This document shows positions 27,064 through 36,268 of a DNA stretch of 39,399 nt, piece after piece. Below the pieces are notes generated by a model, which was given only the letters and a program-made list of their open reading frames with translations, did not search any database and had not been told where the DNA came from. The stretch spans positions 1 to 39,399 of the forward strand of contig JBDRLP010000042.1 of the NCBI GenBank assembly GCA_043812975.1, read 5' to 3'. The first letter of the stretch is position 1, and each line of letters opens with the position of its first letter. This DNA comes from Candidatus Iainarchaeum sp. (GTDB taxonomy: Archaea > Iainarchaeota > Iainarchaeia > Iainarchaeales > Iainarchaeaceae). The translations under genes and the position numbers were made by a program.

Positions 27064-28739
27064 TCAATATTATAATTGAATTCCGTATTTTTTAACCAAT
27101 CCAATTCGAAATTTTTTCCTTCTTTGATGTCTTTTAGAATTGTTTTAACTTTGTCTGCCGTAATAATTGATGGAACTAAAACAAATTCGATTCCTGCTGA
27201 ATAGAGCTTTCTTGCATTAGACACATCGTGGGCCAAGACAATAAGTTTTGTGTCACTGTTTTTCTGCAACAGTTTTTTAGCTAAAATAGTATTCGAGTCA
27301 ATATTCTGTATAGTCGAAATAACGACTTTTGGTTTTACTTGCATAATAAACTCAATTGTCTCCAAATCAGATATGTCTCCATAAAGTGTGTTGAATTTTT
27401 GTTTGGCTGCTTCTTTTAATGCTCTTGGATCAAAATCTATTATCAAAACATCTTTCTCATTTGTATTCTCATTAAGAAAAATTCTTTTTCCTGTTCTGCC
27501 AAATCCTATGCAAACTAAGGAATATTCCTTATCCTCACTCATATGCAGTGAATCTTCAAAAAACATTTTGCTTTTTAAAACAGGTAAAAATTCAACAAGG
27601 CAATCATACAAATTATTATTATAAATAATTAGGTAAGTGGAAGCACTGATAGTTGCGACTGCAACCAAAGTTATTACTGAAGCAACTTCAGCAGACACGT
27701 GTCCTACTTTTTCTCCCAAAAAAATTAGTATTAAGGAAAATTCGCTTATTTGGGCAACAGTCAGACTGGAAAGAAAACTTGTTCTCCCCTTATAACCAAG
27801 TTTGGTCATCAGGATAAAAACGATGATTGGATTTCCTACGAGAACAAAGATTGAAAATATTATTGCCGGAAGAAGAATAATTTTAGAAGATACAAACACC
27901 AAATTTGAACCAAGAACAACAAAAAACAGCACGATAAAAAAGTCTCTTAGATATTTCAGTTTTCCTAATACTTCATAAGTGTAAGGAAGAGAGGCTATTG
28001 AAATTCCAGCCAAAAAAGCTCCAATTTCTTTGGAAAATCCAAGGAAAATGGCTACTGCAGAAAAAGCAAAGCACCAGGAAATAGCTCCGAGAAAAAGTAA
28101 TTCCTGATTTTCAGAAAGTGAATCGAATATTTTTTTGACAAAAAATTTTGATGCAATGAAAAACAACAAGAACAGCAAAACCAAATTTATGACAAACGTT
28201 GAAAGCTGACTCGTTAAATCGTTTGAAAAAGAAAAAGAGGATATCAGAACAAGAGCGATGATTGCAACAAAATCCTGCACCAGCAGAAAACCAATAGAAA
28301 TCTTTCCGTACAAGGAATTCAATTCTTTCTTATCGGACAAAAGTTTTACGATTATAATGGTGCTGCTGAAAGTTAATGCAATTGCTATATACAAAGACTC
28401 TAAGAACTCAAAGCCCAAAAATGATGCAATTGCAAACCCGACAATAGTAGTAAAGACTATCTGTCCTATTCCGGTTATAACTGAGGTTTTTCCTATTTCC
28501 TTGAAAATCCTCAAATCAAGATTCATTCCGACAAGAAATAGCAGAAAAGCTACTCCAAGTTCTGAAAAAACATCTAATAATTCGGTATAAGTTATTACTC
28601 CTAAAAAAGAAGAGCCGAGAAGAATTCCTGCAAAAATAAAAGCAAGTAGAATAGGTTGCTTAAACTTCCTGAACACAAAACCAAGCAATGTAGCTACTAC
28701 AATTACTGCTGCAAGCTCCAGAAAGAAATCCTCTAACAT
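27048..28739 (-). CDS. CPA2 cation/H+ antiporter (KefB/KefC-like) with TrkA-N domain
   Basis: FLLFLVG, SSTIIIVK, LLVQD, LRDFF..LFFV, AQISEFS, GFGRTG. Confidence 0.92.
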   Translation of the reverse strand: MLEDFFLELAAVIVVATLLGFVFRKFKQPILLAFIFAGILLGSSFLGVITYTELLDVFSELGVAFLLFLVGMNLDLRIFKEIGKTSVITGIGQIVFTTIVGFAIASFLGFEFLESLYIAIALTFSSTIIIVKLLSDKKELNSLYGKISIGFLLVQDFVAIIALVLISSFSFSNDLTSQLSTFVINLVLLFLLFFIASKFFVKKIFDSLSENQELLFLGAISWCFAFSAVAIFLGFSKEIGAFLAGISIASLPYTYEVLGKLKYLRDFFIVLFFVVLGSNLVFVSSKIILLPAIIFSIFVLVGNPIIVFILMTKLGYKGRTSFLSSLTVAQISEFSLILIFLGEKVGHVSAEVASVITLVAVATISASTYLIIYNNNLYDCLVEFLPVLKSKMFFEDSLHMSEDKEYSLVCIGFGRTGKRIFLNENTNEKDVLIIDFDPRALKEAAKQKFNTLYGDISDLETIEFIMQVKPKVVISTIQNIDSNTILAKKLLQKNSDTKLIVLAHDVSNARKLYSAGIEFVLVPSIITADKVKTILKDIKEGKNFELDWLKNTEFNYNIDYSSK

Positions 28740-31393
28740 ACATTAATCACCGGTTCTTTTTTGTAGTTTATAACAAATTTTAGTGCTTCGAGAAAGACAA
28801 GTGCAGTGAATGCGGCAGATATAGTGATTATCCATTCCACTGGCGTTAGTGTTGTGAATTCAAATATTTGTTGAAAAAAAGGAACATTCATTACGATTAG
28901 TGTTGTCAGGGCTACAAACGCTGTTGCGGGCAGCATCCATTTGTTTGTGAATAATCCAATTTTGTGTACTGGTTCTTCCAATGATCTAAACGCATAAGGA
29001 ACAAAAACCACCATACTGACGATTGTTGCAAATACCATTGTCCTTGCCCTTTCAATATTTGTTAGCGGGTCTGCATAAATGAATACTGCGAGAGCAATTA
29101 GAGCCATAAATGCAGCCATGCTGAGTATTATTATTGCATTTTTTTTCACTAAGAAACTTTCCGTTGGATTTCTTGGGGGGTTTTGCATTATTCCTTTTCT
29201 CGGAGGTTCGGCTCCAAGAGCTAATGATGGCATTATTTCGTCAAAAGAGTTTATGAAAAGAATCTGTAATGCAAGTAATGGTAGAAAATCAAAATCAAAA
29301 AGAGCTATGCCTACAAATATTAAAATTACTTCAGTAAAATTTCTTGAAAGAAGATAAGTAGTGAATTTTCTTATATTTTCATAAATAGTCCTTCCGCCTT
29401 GGATGGCATCTACTATTGTTGCAAAATTATCGTCTATAAGAATCATGTCTGCTGATTCTTTTGTAACATCAGTGCCTTTTATCCCCATTGCTATTCCAAT
29501 ATCTGCTTTTTTTATTGCAGGTGCATCGTTTATTCCGTCTCCAGTCATTGCAACAATATGTCCTTTTTTTTGCAGAATTTTAACAATTCTCATTTTGTGT
29601 CCTGGATTTGTTCGGGCATAAATTACAGTGTGGTCGATGATTTTCTCAAATTCTGAGTCATTCATTTCATCTAATTCTTTTCCAGTGATTATTCTTTGGT
29701 CATTGTTGTTTAGCAGACCAATTGCTTTAGCTATTGCCTTTGCAGTATGCGGATTATCCCCTGTTATCATAACTGTTTTTATTCCGGCAGTTTTACAGGT
29801 TTCAATAGCCTGCTTTACTTCTTCTCTCGGAGGATCAATCATTGCAGCTAATCCTAAGAAAACAAGGTCTTTTTCAATATTTTTTTGTGTAAAAGGCAAT
29901 TGATTTTTTTTATATGCAAAACCCAATACTCTAAGAGCATTGCTTGCAAATGTTTCATTTATTTTTAGAATTTTTTCAGTTTCTTCTTTTGAAAGTTTTT
30001 CTGTTTTCCCATTTTTTTGAATAAACGTGCATTTTTCCAGAATTTCTTCAGGACCGCCTTTGGAAAAAACCATTCTTTCATTTCCTGTTTTATGAACACA
30101 ACTCATCATTTTTCTTTCACTTGTAAAAATAATTTCTTCAAGTCGTTGATTTTTTTTCTCTAAATCATCTTTCCACTCTTCTGCTTTTGCAGCCAAAACA
30201 ACCAATGCTGCTTCAGTAGGGTCACCAATAATTTCCCATTTACCTCCTTTCTTTTCCAAGAAAGCATTATTGCATAAAGCACCTGCCCTTAGCATTGTTG
30301 TTATTGTTTTATCGCTTTTAGGGTCAATTTTTTTTCCATTAATAGAGAATTCTCCTCTTGGTTCATAACCTGCTCCTGTTACATCAATTATTGAATCGTT
30401 TACAAAAAGTTTTTCTACAGTCATTTCATTTTTTGTTAGAGTGCCAGTTTTGTCTGTACAAATTATTGTTGTACTGCCTAAGGTTTCAACTGCGAGCATT
30501 CTTCTTATGACTGCATTATGTTTCGCCATGTTATGCATTCCCCTTGAAAGAGTAACGGTTAGTGTTAATGGCAAACCTTCCGGAACTGCAGCAACAGCTA
30601 ATGCCAGAGCGACAATCAGCATTGCTGCAATGGGAGTACCCTTAAGAATGCCAAGCAAAAATATTAGTGCACATGCAGTTAAAGCAAGCATAGCGATTCT
30701 TTTAGCTAATCGGGTTATTTTTATTTGAAGCGGGGTTTGTTCATCTTCTTCTTGAATCATTTCAGCAATTTCTCCTATTTTTGTCTGCATTCCCGTTGCA
30801 AAAACAATTGCCTTGCATTTCCCATGAACAATACTTGTACCTGCAAAAATATTCTCTTCTGTTGATTTTTCCACTGCTTGGCTTTCTCCGGTTAATGTTG
30901 ATTCATCAACCTTCATGCCAATAACTTCAATTATTTTTGCATCTGCAGGAATCTTGTCACCCATTTCCAACAAAAGTATATCCCCGGGAACAAGTTCTCT
31001 TGTGAGAATTACCTTCACTCCATTGTTACGCATAACTTTGGTTGTTGACTTCACAATTTTTTTAAGAGCTTCCATTGATTTTTCTGCTTTGAACTCTTGG
31101 ATAAATCCTGCGATGACTATGAATACAATTATAGCTAATGTAGCCCAGAAGCTTAGAGTTTCTCCAATAAAATAAGAGATAAATGCTGCTGCAAACAGAA
31201 TCCAAATCAAGAAATTGCTAAATTGCCTTAACAAGATTTTTGCCGGCGTGATTTTCCTTTTTTCTTTTAATTCATTGTATCCGTATTCTTTCAGTCTCTT
31301 TTCGACTTCTTCCTCAGCGATACCTGTTGAACTGCTTCCAAGTTCTTTCAGAATATCCTTTGACTTCATTTCAGCAAAATTTTTCATACGCAT
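28733..31393 (-). CDS. P-type IIA cation (Ca2+-like) transporting ATPase
   Basis: DESTLTGES, PEGLP, DKTGTLT, GDPTE, MITGD, TGDGINDAPA. Confidence 0.95.
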   Translation of the reverse strand: MRMKNFAEMKSKDILKELGSSSTGIAEEEVEKRLKEYGYNELKEKRKITPAKILLRQFSNFLIWILFAAAFISYFIGETLSFWATLAIIVFIVIAGFIQEFKAEKSMEALKKIVKSTTKVMRNNGVKVILTRELVPGDILLLEMGDKIPADAKIIEVIGMKVDESTLTGESQAVEKSTEENIFAGTSIVHGKCKAIVFATGMQTKIGEIAEMIQEEDEQTPLQIKITRLAKRIAMLALTACALIFLLGILKGTPIAAMLIVALALAVAAVPEGLPLTLTVTLSRGMHNMAKHNAVIRRMLAVETLGSTTIICTDKTGTLTKNEMTVEKLFVNDSIIDVTGAGYEPRGEFSINGKKIDPKSDKTITTMLRAGALCNNAFLEKKGGKWEIIGDPTEAALVVLAAKAEEWKDDLEKKNQRLEEIIFTSERKMMSCVHKTGNERMVFSKGGPEEILEKCTFIQKNGKTEKLSKEETEKILKINETFASNALRVLGFAYKKNQLPFTQKNIEKDLVFLGLAAMIDPPREEVKQAIETCKTAGIKTVMITGDNPHTAKAIAKAIGLLNNNDQRIITGKELDEMNDSEFEKIIDHTVIYARTNPGHKMRIVKILQKKGHIVAMTGDGINDAPAIKKADIGIAMGIKGTDVTKESADMILIDDNFATIVDAIQGGRTIYENIRKFTTYLLSRNFTEVILIFVGIALFDFDFLPLLALQILFINSFDEIMPSLALGAEPPRKGIMQNPPRNPTESFLVKKNAIIILSMAAFMALIALAVFIYADPLTNIERARTMVFATIVSMVVFVPYAFRSLEEPVHKIGLFTNKWMLPATAFVALTTLIVMNVPFFQQIFEFTTLTPVEWIITISAAFTALVFLEALKFVINYKKEPVINVC

Positions 31394-31504
31394 AACCTAA
31401 CTGTTAATTTACATAATATTATTCTAATAATACCTATAAATAGTTTCACGCTTGCGTAATTAGGTAAGTAGATTATTCAAAAAAATCGTTTTTGTTAGAA
31501 TGCG

Positions 31505-31774
31505 TTAAATATGTTTTATTACTTGGTCATAGGCTTTGAAAAGCTGCTTTATTTCTTTTATTTTAAGAGAATAGAATTTTTCAGGCGGTTCATATGCCGA
31601 GTCAATAATTCTCAAATCATACAGCATCTTCAAATGTCTTGAAGCAAGCGATTCGCTCAAATTTAGTTCTTCAGCAATTTCATGCACAGATACACGCTTT
31701 CTTTTACAAAGAATCTTTAAAATATTTCTTCTGGATCTTGCACGAATTGCCCTTGCGAGTTTTTCATCAGACAT
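31505..31774 (-). CDS. ArsR/SmtB-family HTH regulator
   Basis: RRNILKIL...SVHEIAEELNLSESLASRHLKML. Confidence 0.85.
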   Translation of the reverse strand: MSDEKLARAIRARSRRNILKILCKRKRVSVHEIAEELNLSESLASRHLKMLYDLRIIDSAYEPPEKFYSLKIKEIKQLFKAYDQVIKHI

Positions 31775-31917
31775 TAGTAACTAAAAAAACAGTACCGACA
31801 TTCTTTAAAGTCTTTAATAAATTAGTCCTCAGAAAAAAAGATGAAAAATTAAGCGATTTAAGGAAAAGATGAATTAAACCAAGTTAGTGGTACAAATAAA
31901 ACTATGTAATTATTTCT

Positions 31918-31953
31918 TCATCTTTCAGAGCAGATGGGCGGACTGAGGCTTTT
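31918..31953 (+). repeat. Direct repeat copy 4 (3' part of the C/D-like unit)
   Basis: TCATCTTTCAGAGCAGATGGGCGGACTGAGGCTTTT. Confidence 0.9.
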
Positions 31954-32347
31954 ATTTTTTCTTTTCCTCTTTCCCGAGCTTTGCTTTCAAGTCGTCTAAA
32001 ATCTTGTCACGCTCGTTAAACATTCCTTTGAATTCTGCCTCTTCTTTTTCTTCTTTTAATTTTTTTTTGTCGATTTTTGGCCGATTAATCCATTGTGAAA
32101 GTTTCAAAACTATGAGTGCAATAATTATGATTCCCAAAATAATAACAGCAATTTTTGCAAGCTGCAATGCTTCAGATAATTCCCCAAACAACTGTCCGGC
32201 ATTAGTTGTTAATCCTTCAACATCCCCTTCATTAAATGATTCAGCAGTTTTACCAGCAGTATTCTGAGCATTGGCTGAAACAAAAGGCAGAAATAAAGCT
32301 AAGGAGATTAACATTAACATTAAGAAAAAATTTTGAGTATTTTGCAT
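31952..32347 (-). CDS. Hypothetical exported/membrane protein
   Basis: Signal peptide, one TM helix, charged tail. Confidence 0.65.
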   Translation of the reverse strand: MQNTQNFFLMLMLISLALFLPFVSANAQNTAGKTAESFNEGDVEGLTTNAGQLFGELSEALQLAKIAVIILGIIIIALIVLKLSQWINRPKIDKKKLKEEKEEAEFKGMFNERDKILDDLKAKLGKEEKKK

Positions 32348-32402
32348 ATTATCTTAAACATAGACTTTAGTTCTATTATATATTACTTATTAGGTGAGAT
32401 AA

Positions 32403-32864
32403 ATGTTGGAAATTGAACAAAAAGCACCCGATTTTTCACTCAAAAACCAGGATGAAAAAACAATAAAACTAAGCGATTTTAAAGGAAAAAAAGTAGCAAT
32501 TTACTTTTACCCAAAAGATGATACCCCGGGATGTACAAAGCAAGGCTGTAATATAAGAGATAATTTTTCAAAGCTCAAGAAAAAAGGAATAATAATTCTC
32601 GGGATTTCCAAAGATTCTGTACAAAAGCACAAAAAATTTTCTGAAAAATACAGGTTCAATTTTCCAATCCTTAGTGATGAAAAAGGAGAAGTAATTGAAA
32701 AATATGGTGTGTTTAAAGAAAAAACTATTTTTGGAAAATCATTTATGGGGATAAACAGAACTACTTTCTTGATTGATGAAAAGGGAATAATCAAAAAAAT
32801 AATCAAAAAACCAGATGTAAGCAACCATTCTGAAGAAATAATTCGTGGATTTATGAGTCATTAA
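32403..32864 (+). CDS. bcp: Peroxiredoxin Bcp/PrxQ
   Basis: YFYPKDDTPGCTKQGC, RTTFLID. Confidence 0.95.
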   Translation: MLEIEQKAPDFSLKNQDEKTIKLSDFKGKKVAIYFYPKDDTPGCTKQGCNIRDNFSKLKKKGIIILGISKDSVQKHKKFSEKYRFNFPILSDEKGEVIEKYGVFKEKTIFGKSFMGINRTTFLIDEKGIIKKIIKKPDVSNHSEEIIRGFMSH

Positions 32865-32993
32865 CCTGGCTTGACAACCGTTCTCACCAGTAAACAGGCC
32901 CGTAAACAGTGTTAATCGATTTTTAACGGAGAAAAGCTTTAAATAATGTGCAATCGTTTGATTATAATTGTAAATACAATGGAGTGATTCCCA

Positions 32994-33239
32994 ATGACAA
33001 AATTTAAAGTTGAACACCACAAAGAAATCTGCATCGGATGTGGAGCTTGTGCAGCAATAGACCCTGAAGACTGGGTAATGGAAGGAGACAAATCCCACTT
33101 GGTTGATTCAGAAAAAATAGACACTGAAAATGGTCAAGGTGAAGGAAAAACAATTGATGAAGCAAGGCTTTCCCAAAACCAGGAAGCAGCAGATTCTTGT
33201 CCGGTTCCATGTATTTTTGTGAAAAAAGTCGAGGAATAA
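32994..33239 (+). CDS. Monocluster 4Fe-4S ferredoxin
   Basis: CIGCGAC...AADSCPVPCI. Confidence 0.9.
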   Translation: MTKFKVEHHKEICIGCGACAAIDPEDWVMEGDKSHLVDSEKIDTENGQGEGKTIDEARLSQNQEAADSCPVPCIFVKKVEE

Positions 33240-33258
33240 AATCCTCACACACTAATTT

Positions 33259-34098
33259 TTATAATCCTTTAAAAGTTTTCTGCAAGAGCAAAGTATCTTC
33301 CTCAATGTTTGGGGACTCGCAAACCAAAACACCTTTAGCATTGAAATCTTTTAACACCTGCAAAACAGATTTGTAATTCATATCGCTTTCTTTGAAAATC
33401 AAATGATTTCTTTCTCCTTTCTCTCCATAATTAATTCCTGAAAGATGAATATGCATATTATGAATTCCTTCTTTTCCAAGTTTTTTTTCAATTAATTCCA
33501 TTACCTGTTCAAACTCTTCTTTAGTATTGAACTTTCCATTTGATCGCGCATGCAAATGAGAAAAATCTATAACTGGTAAAACCTGATCAAACTCAGAACT
33601 TAAATCAACTAACTCATCAATAGAACCAAACTGTGTTGGCTTTCCGGTTGTTTCAGGACGTATCCAAACATCAAGCCCTAAAGAATTAACCTCTTCTAAA
33701 AGTTTTTTCATTTGATCTTTAACATTAGAATAAACTTTTTCTGGTTCCATTCCAAGATAAAACCCAGGATGAAAACAAACAGAATACCCCCCACATGCAT
33801 CAAGTATTTTTGCAGAACTCAATATCCTGCTTCTCGAAGCACCAAGCTTTTGCTTTTCAACAGCATTCATATTAATGAAATATGGCGCGTGACAAGTAAG
33901 AACAACTTCCTGTTCTTCTGCTATTTTTTTTACTTCGGGGGTTTTTTCTTTTGAAATATTAACTGAATGCACAAACTCAAGCTCCATTGCACCTAAACCA
34001 AGATTCTTTACTTCCTTAATTCCGTTTAATGTATCTCTTGGCTGAGTACTTAAAGGAATTCCTGCAGTAGCAAACAAAAGTTTTTTTGGTTCAATCAA
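33259..34098 (-). CDS. nfo: Endonuclease IV (AP endonuclease 2)
   Basis: ELEFV, HAPYFIN, FHPG, ETTGK..QFG, DFSHLHAR, HIHLSGI, ESP. Confidence 0.92.
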   Translation of the reverse strand: MIEPKKLLFATAGIPLSTQPRDTLNGIKEVKNLGLGAMELEFVHSVNISKEKTPEVKKIAEEQEVVLTCHAPYFINMNAVEKQKLGASRSRILSSAKILDACGGYSVCFHPGFYLGMEPEKVYSNVKDQMKKLLEEVNSLGLDVWIRPETTGKPTQFGSIDELVDLSSEFDQVLPVIDFSHLHARSNGKFNTKEEFEQVMELIEKKLGKEGIHNMHIHLSGINYGEKGERNHLIFKESDMNYKSVLQVLKDFNAKGVLVCESPNIEEDTLLLQKTFKGL

Positions 34099-34649
34099 AA
34101 TTCTATCCCTGGCCTTGCGGTTACTCCTTTGTCAAAAGGATGTTTGTTTTTTTTAATCTCGCTAACCAAATCTGCTTTTTCAAAAATTTTTTCAAAAGGC
34201 TTGTGTGAACCTGTTAGAACTAATTCTGTTTTTTCGTTTTTTGAATCAATTAATTTCAACACATCTTCTTCAGTAACAAAATTAAAATGAATAGCATAAA
34301 GAATTTCGTCTACAATAACAAGATCAAAGTTTCCTGAAGAAACTGATTCGATTGAATGTTCCAGTGCTTTTTTTGCCTGATCCAACTGATCCTGTTCAGG
34401 TTTTCCAATAACCCATTTTTTCACCCCGAATCTTTTGTGTGAAAAATTATCAATCTTTTTTAATGCATTTATTTCCCCTGATTCATCAAAATCCTTATTT
34501 TCCTTAATCCCGAATTTCATGAACTGAATTAAATGAACCTTAAATCCTCTTCCAAGAACTCTCAGAGCCAGGCCTAATGCTGCTGTTGTTTTTCCCTTGC
34601 CATTCCCCCAATAAACCTGGATTTGGCCAAAATTTGGTTTAGATTCCAT
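34095..34649 (-). CDS. cobA: Cob(I)alamin adenosyltransferase (CobA/BtuR)
   Basis: VYWGNGKGKTTAALG, QFMK, DLVIVDEI, ELVLTG, KHPFDKG..ARPGIEF. Confidence 0.92.
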   Translation of the reverse strand: MESKPNFGQIQVYWGNGKGKTTAALGLALRVLGRGFKVHLIQFMKFGIKENKDFDESGEINALKKIDNFSHKRFGVKKWVIGKPEQDQLDQAKKALEHSIESVSSGNFDLVIVDEILYAIHFNFVTEEDVLKLIDSKNEKTELVLTGSHKPFEKIFEKADLVSEIKKNKHPFDKGVTARPGIEF

Positions 34650-34766
34650 GTAAAAAAATAAGCATGAAGTTCTTTAAAACACTTGGGAAGCATTTAAAAT
34701 CTGTATGGTATCTAATTTGAATAGACTTATTTTTTACCTAAGTTAACGAAATTTGAGGTGTATATA

Positions 34767-35171
34767 ATGGCTAAAGAAGAAAAAAAGGAAAAACAAGCTG
34801 AAAAGCTTGAAGAAGAACAGGTAATAGGGGAGGAAGAAGAAGAGGAAATTGATGACTCTAAACTGCCTTTTCCAAGAGCAACTATTGTAAATATGCTCAG
34901 AAAGCACCTCAGTTCTGGAAAACAAATTAAGGGACAAGTTAAGAATGAAATGAACATCTGGCTCGGAAAAATGGTTGAAAGAATTGCTGACAAAATGAAT
35001 TCATATCCATACACTTATGTTGATGGGTCAATGTTAAGAGAAGCAATCGAACCATATGAAAACATTCAGGATATTGAAAAGGAAAAAGAAAGAATCATCA
35101 AACAATTAGAAGTAGTAAAGGCAGCTTGTGATGTTCTGATTCTTGAAGTTGACAGGAAATTCATAAAGTAA
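34767..35171 (+). CDS. Histone-fold protein with acidic N-terminal tail and C-terminal coiled coil
   Basis: LPFPRATIVNMLRK...(long alpha2)...TYVDGSMLREAI. ATG after GAGGTG. Confidence 0.72.
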   Translation: MAKEEKKEKQAEKLEEEQVIGEEEEEEIDDSKLPFPRATIVNMLRKHLSSGKQIKGQVKNEMNIWLGKMVERIADKMNSYPYTYVDGSMLREAIEPYENIQDIEKEKERIIKQLEVVKAACDVLILEVDRKFIK

Positions 35172-35180
35172 GTGATTCTT

Positions 35181-35357
35181 ATGGATGAGAAAAAGAAACT
35201 CAAACAAACAGATAATCCTTACGAAAATGAACAAGTAGAAGAAATGCTTGACAACGATGAAATTGACCCAGCAGAAGCAGGCTTCATGGAAGGATACAAC
35301 GAAAAGCAAACAAAAAATCCAAAGAAGCCTAAAGAAATTATTAATGATGAAAAATAA
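35181..35357 (+). CDS. Small acidic hypothetical protein
   Basis: DNDEIDPAEAGFMEGY. Follows the histone-fold gene closely. Confidence 0.65.
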   Translation: MDEKKKLKQTDNPYENEQVEEMLDNDEIDPAEAGFMEGYNEKQTKNPKKPKEIINDEK

Positions 35358-35396
35358 ATTTAACGGGTTCTTTTCGGAGAACTCCTACACCATTTT

Positions 35397-35972
35397 TTAA
35401 TTCAGAAATTTTTTAAAATCCGATTCTAAAATTTCTTTCACTTTTTTTGTTATTGTAGAATGCGGATTCAGAAAAAGAAATGCTTTAAGCTGGTTAACAT
35501 TACCGACTTTTCTTTTGGTTGAAGCTTTTTCAAAATCAATTATAACTGGTTTTCCTTTTCTCACAAGAATATTTTTTCCTTTTCCTGCTAATTGACCGTG
35601 ATCGATGTGTTTTTTATCAAGTTTTTCTGCCTGTTCAAAAAGTTCTTTCAGAAATTTTTCCAGTTCTATTTTCTTCGGATTAGAAAAAAGCCAGTCTATA
35701 AAACTTGAACCTTCAATAAACTCCAGCAAAACAACATTGTTTTCAAAATCGCGGTCAATTAATTTTGGTCCAACGCCGACAGAATTAGCCAGAGTTAAAT
35801 TTTCTGTTTCACGCTCAACCATATCTCTCCGGTTTGCTTTTTCTCTCAAAGATTTTACTACAAATTTTTTTCCTTTAGAATCTTTTACAAGATAAACAAA
35901 AGAAGTCCAACCTTTAGCTATTTGTTCAACTAAATATAGATTATTTTCTTTTAGAAATATTTCAATTGACAT
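35397..35972 (-). CDS. RIO/Bud32-like atypical protein kinase
   Basis: IAKGWTSFVY, VVK, ANSVGVGP, IDHGQL..KNIL, IIDFE. Confidence 0.82.
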   Translation of the reverse strand: MSIEIFLKENNLYLVEQIAKGWTSFVYLVKDSKGKKFVVKSLREKANRRDMVERETENLTLANSVGVGPKLIDRDFENNVVLLEFIEGSSFIDWLFSNPKKIELEKFLKELFEQAEKLDKKHIDHGQLAGKGKNILVRKGKPVIIDFEKASTKRKVGNVNQLKAFLFLNPHSTITKKVKEILESDFKKFLN

Positions 35973-36004
35973 TATTAAAAAAGAAAAAGGAAAGGATTAA
36001 AGCA

Positions 36005-36268
36005 CTATTCAAAAGTGCTTTCATCCAATTTGATAAAATCTTCTTCACTGAATTCAGAATCCTCTATCATAGACTCCAATTCTAATATCTCTATGTCAAG
36101 AGAAGCTATATCATTTTCTGAAGCAGAGGTATCGGTTAATTCAGGGGCAAGTCCAGAACTATCATCAATAGTAGTTCCATTATTCTGACCGTTTTCCTGA
36201 GGTTGTTCAGTACAGCCAGAAAGCAGCACTGAAACGAGAATAAATAAGATTATTATTGATTTATTCAT
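36005..36268 (-). CDS. Small acidic lipoprotein
   Basis: MNKSIIILFILVSVLLSGC lipobox. True start about 16 codons inside the ORF-track call. Confidence 0.7.
   Translation of the reverse strand: MNKSIIILFILVSVLLSGCTEQPQENGQNNGTTIDDSSGLAPELTDTSASENDIASLDIEILELESMIEDSEFSEEDFIKLDESTFE

Noticed and set aside
24142..31950. The four repeats as a CRISPR array or integron attC sites
   Set aside because: Spacing is 1-5 kb with whole genes between, and there are no cas genes. Only copy 3 has a GTTRRRY-like core, and it is far too short for an attC. No IntI is present.
32888..32907. GTAAACAG direct repeat between bcp and ferredoxin
   Set aside because: Only two 8-mers with no supporting structure. Cannot be distinguished from chance.
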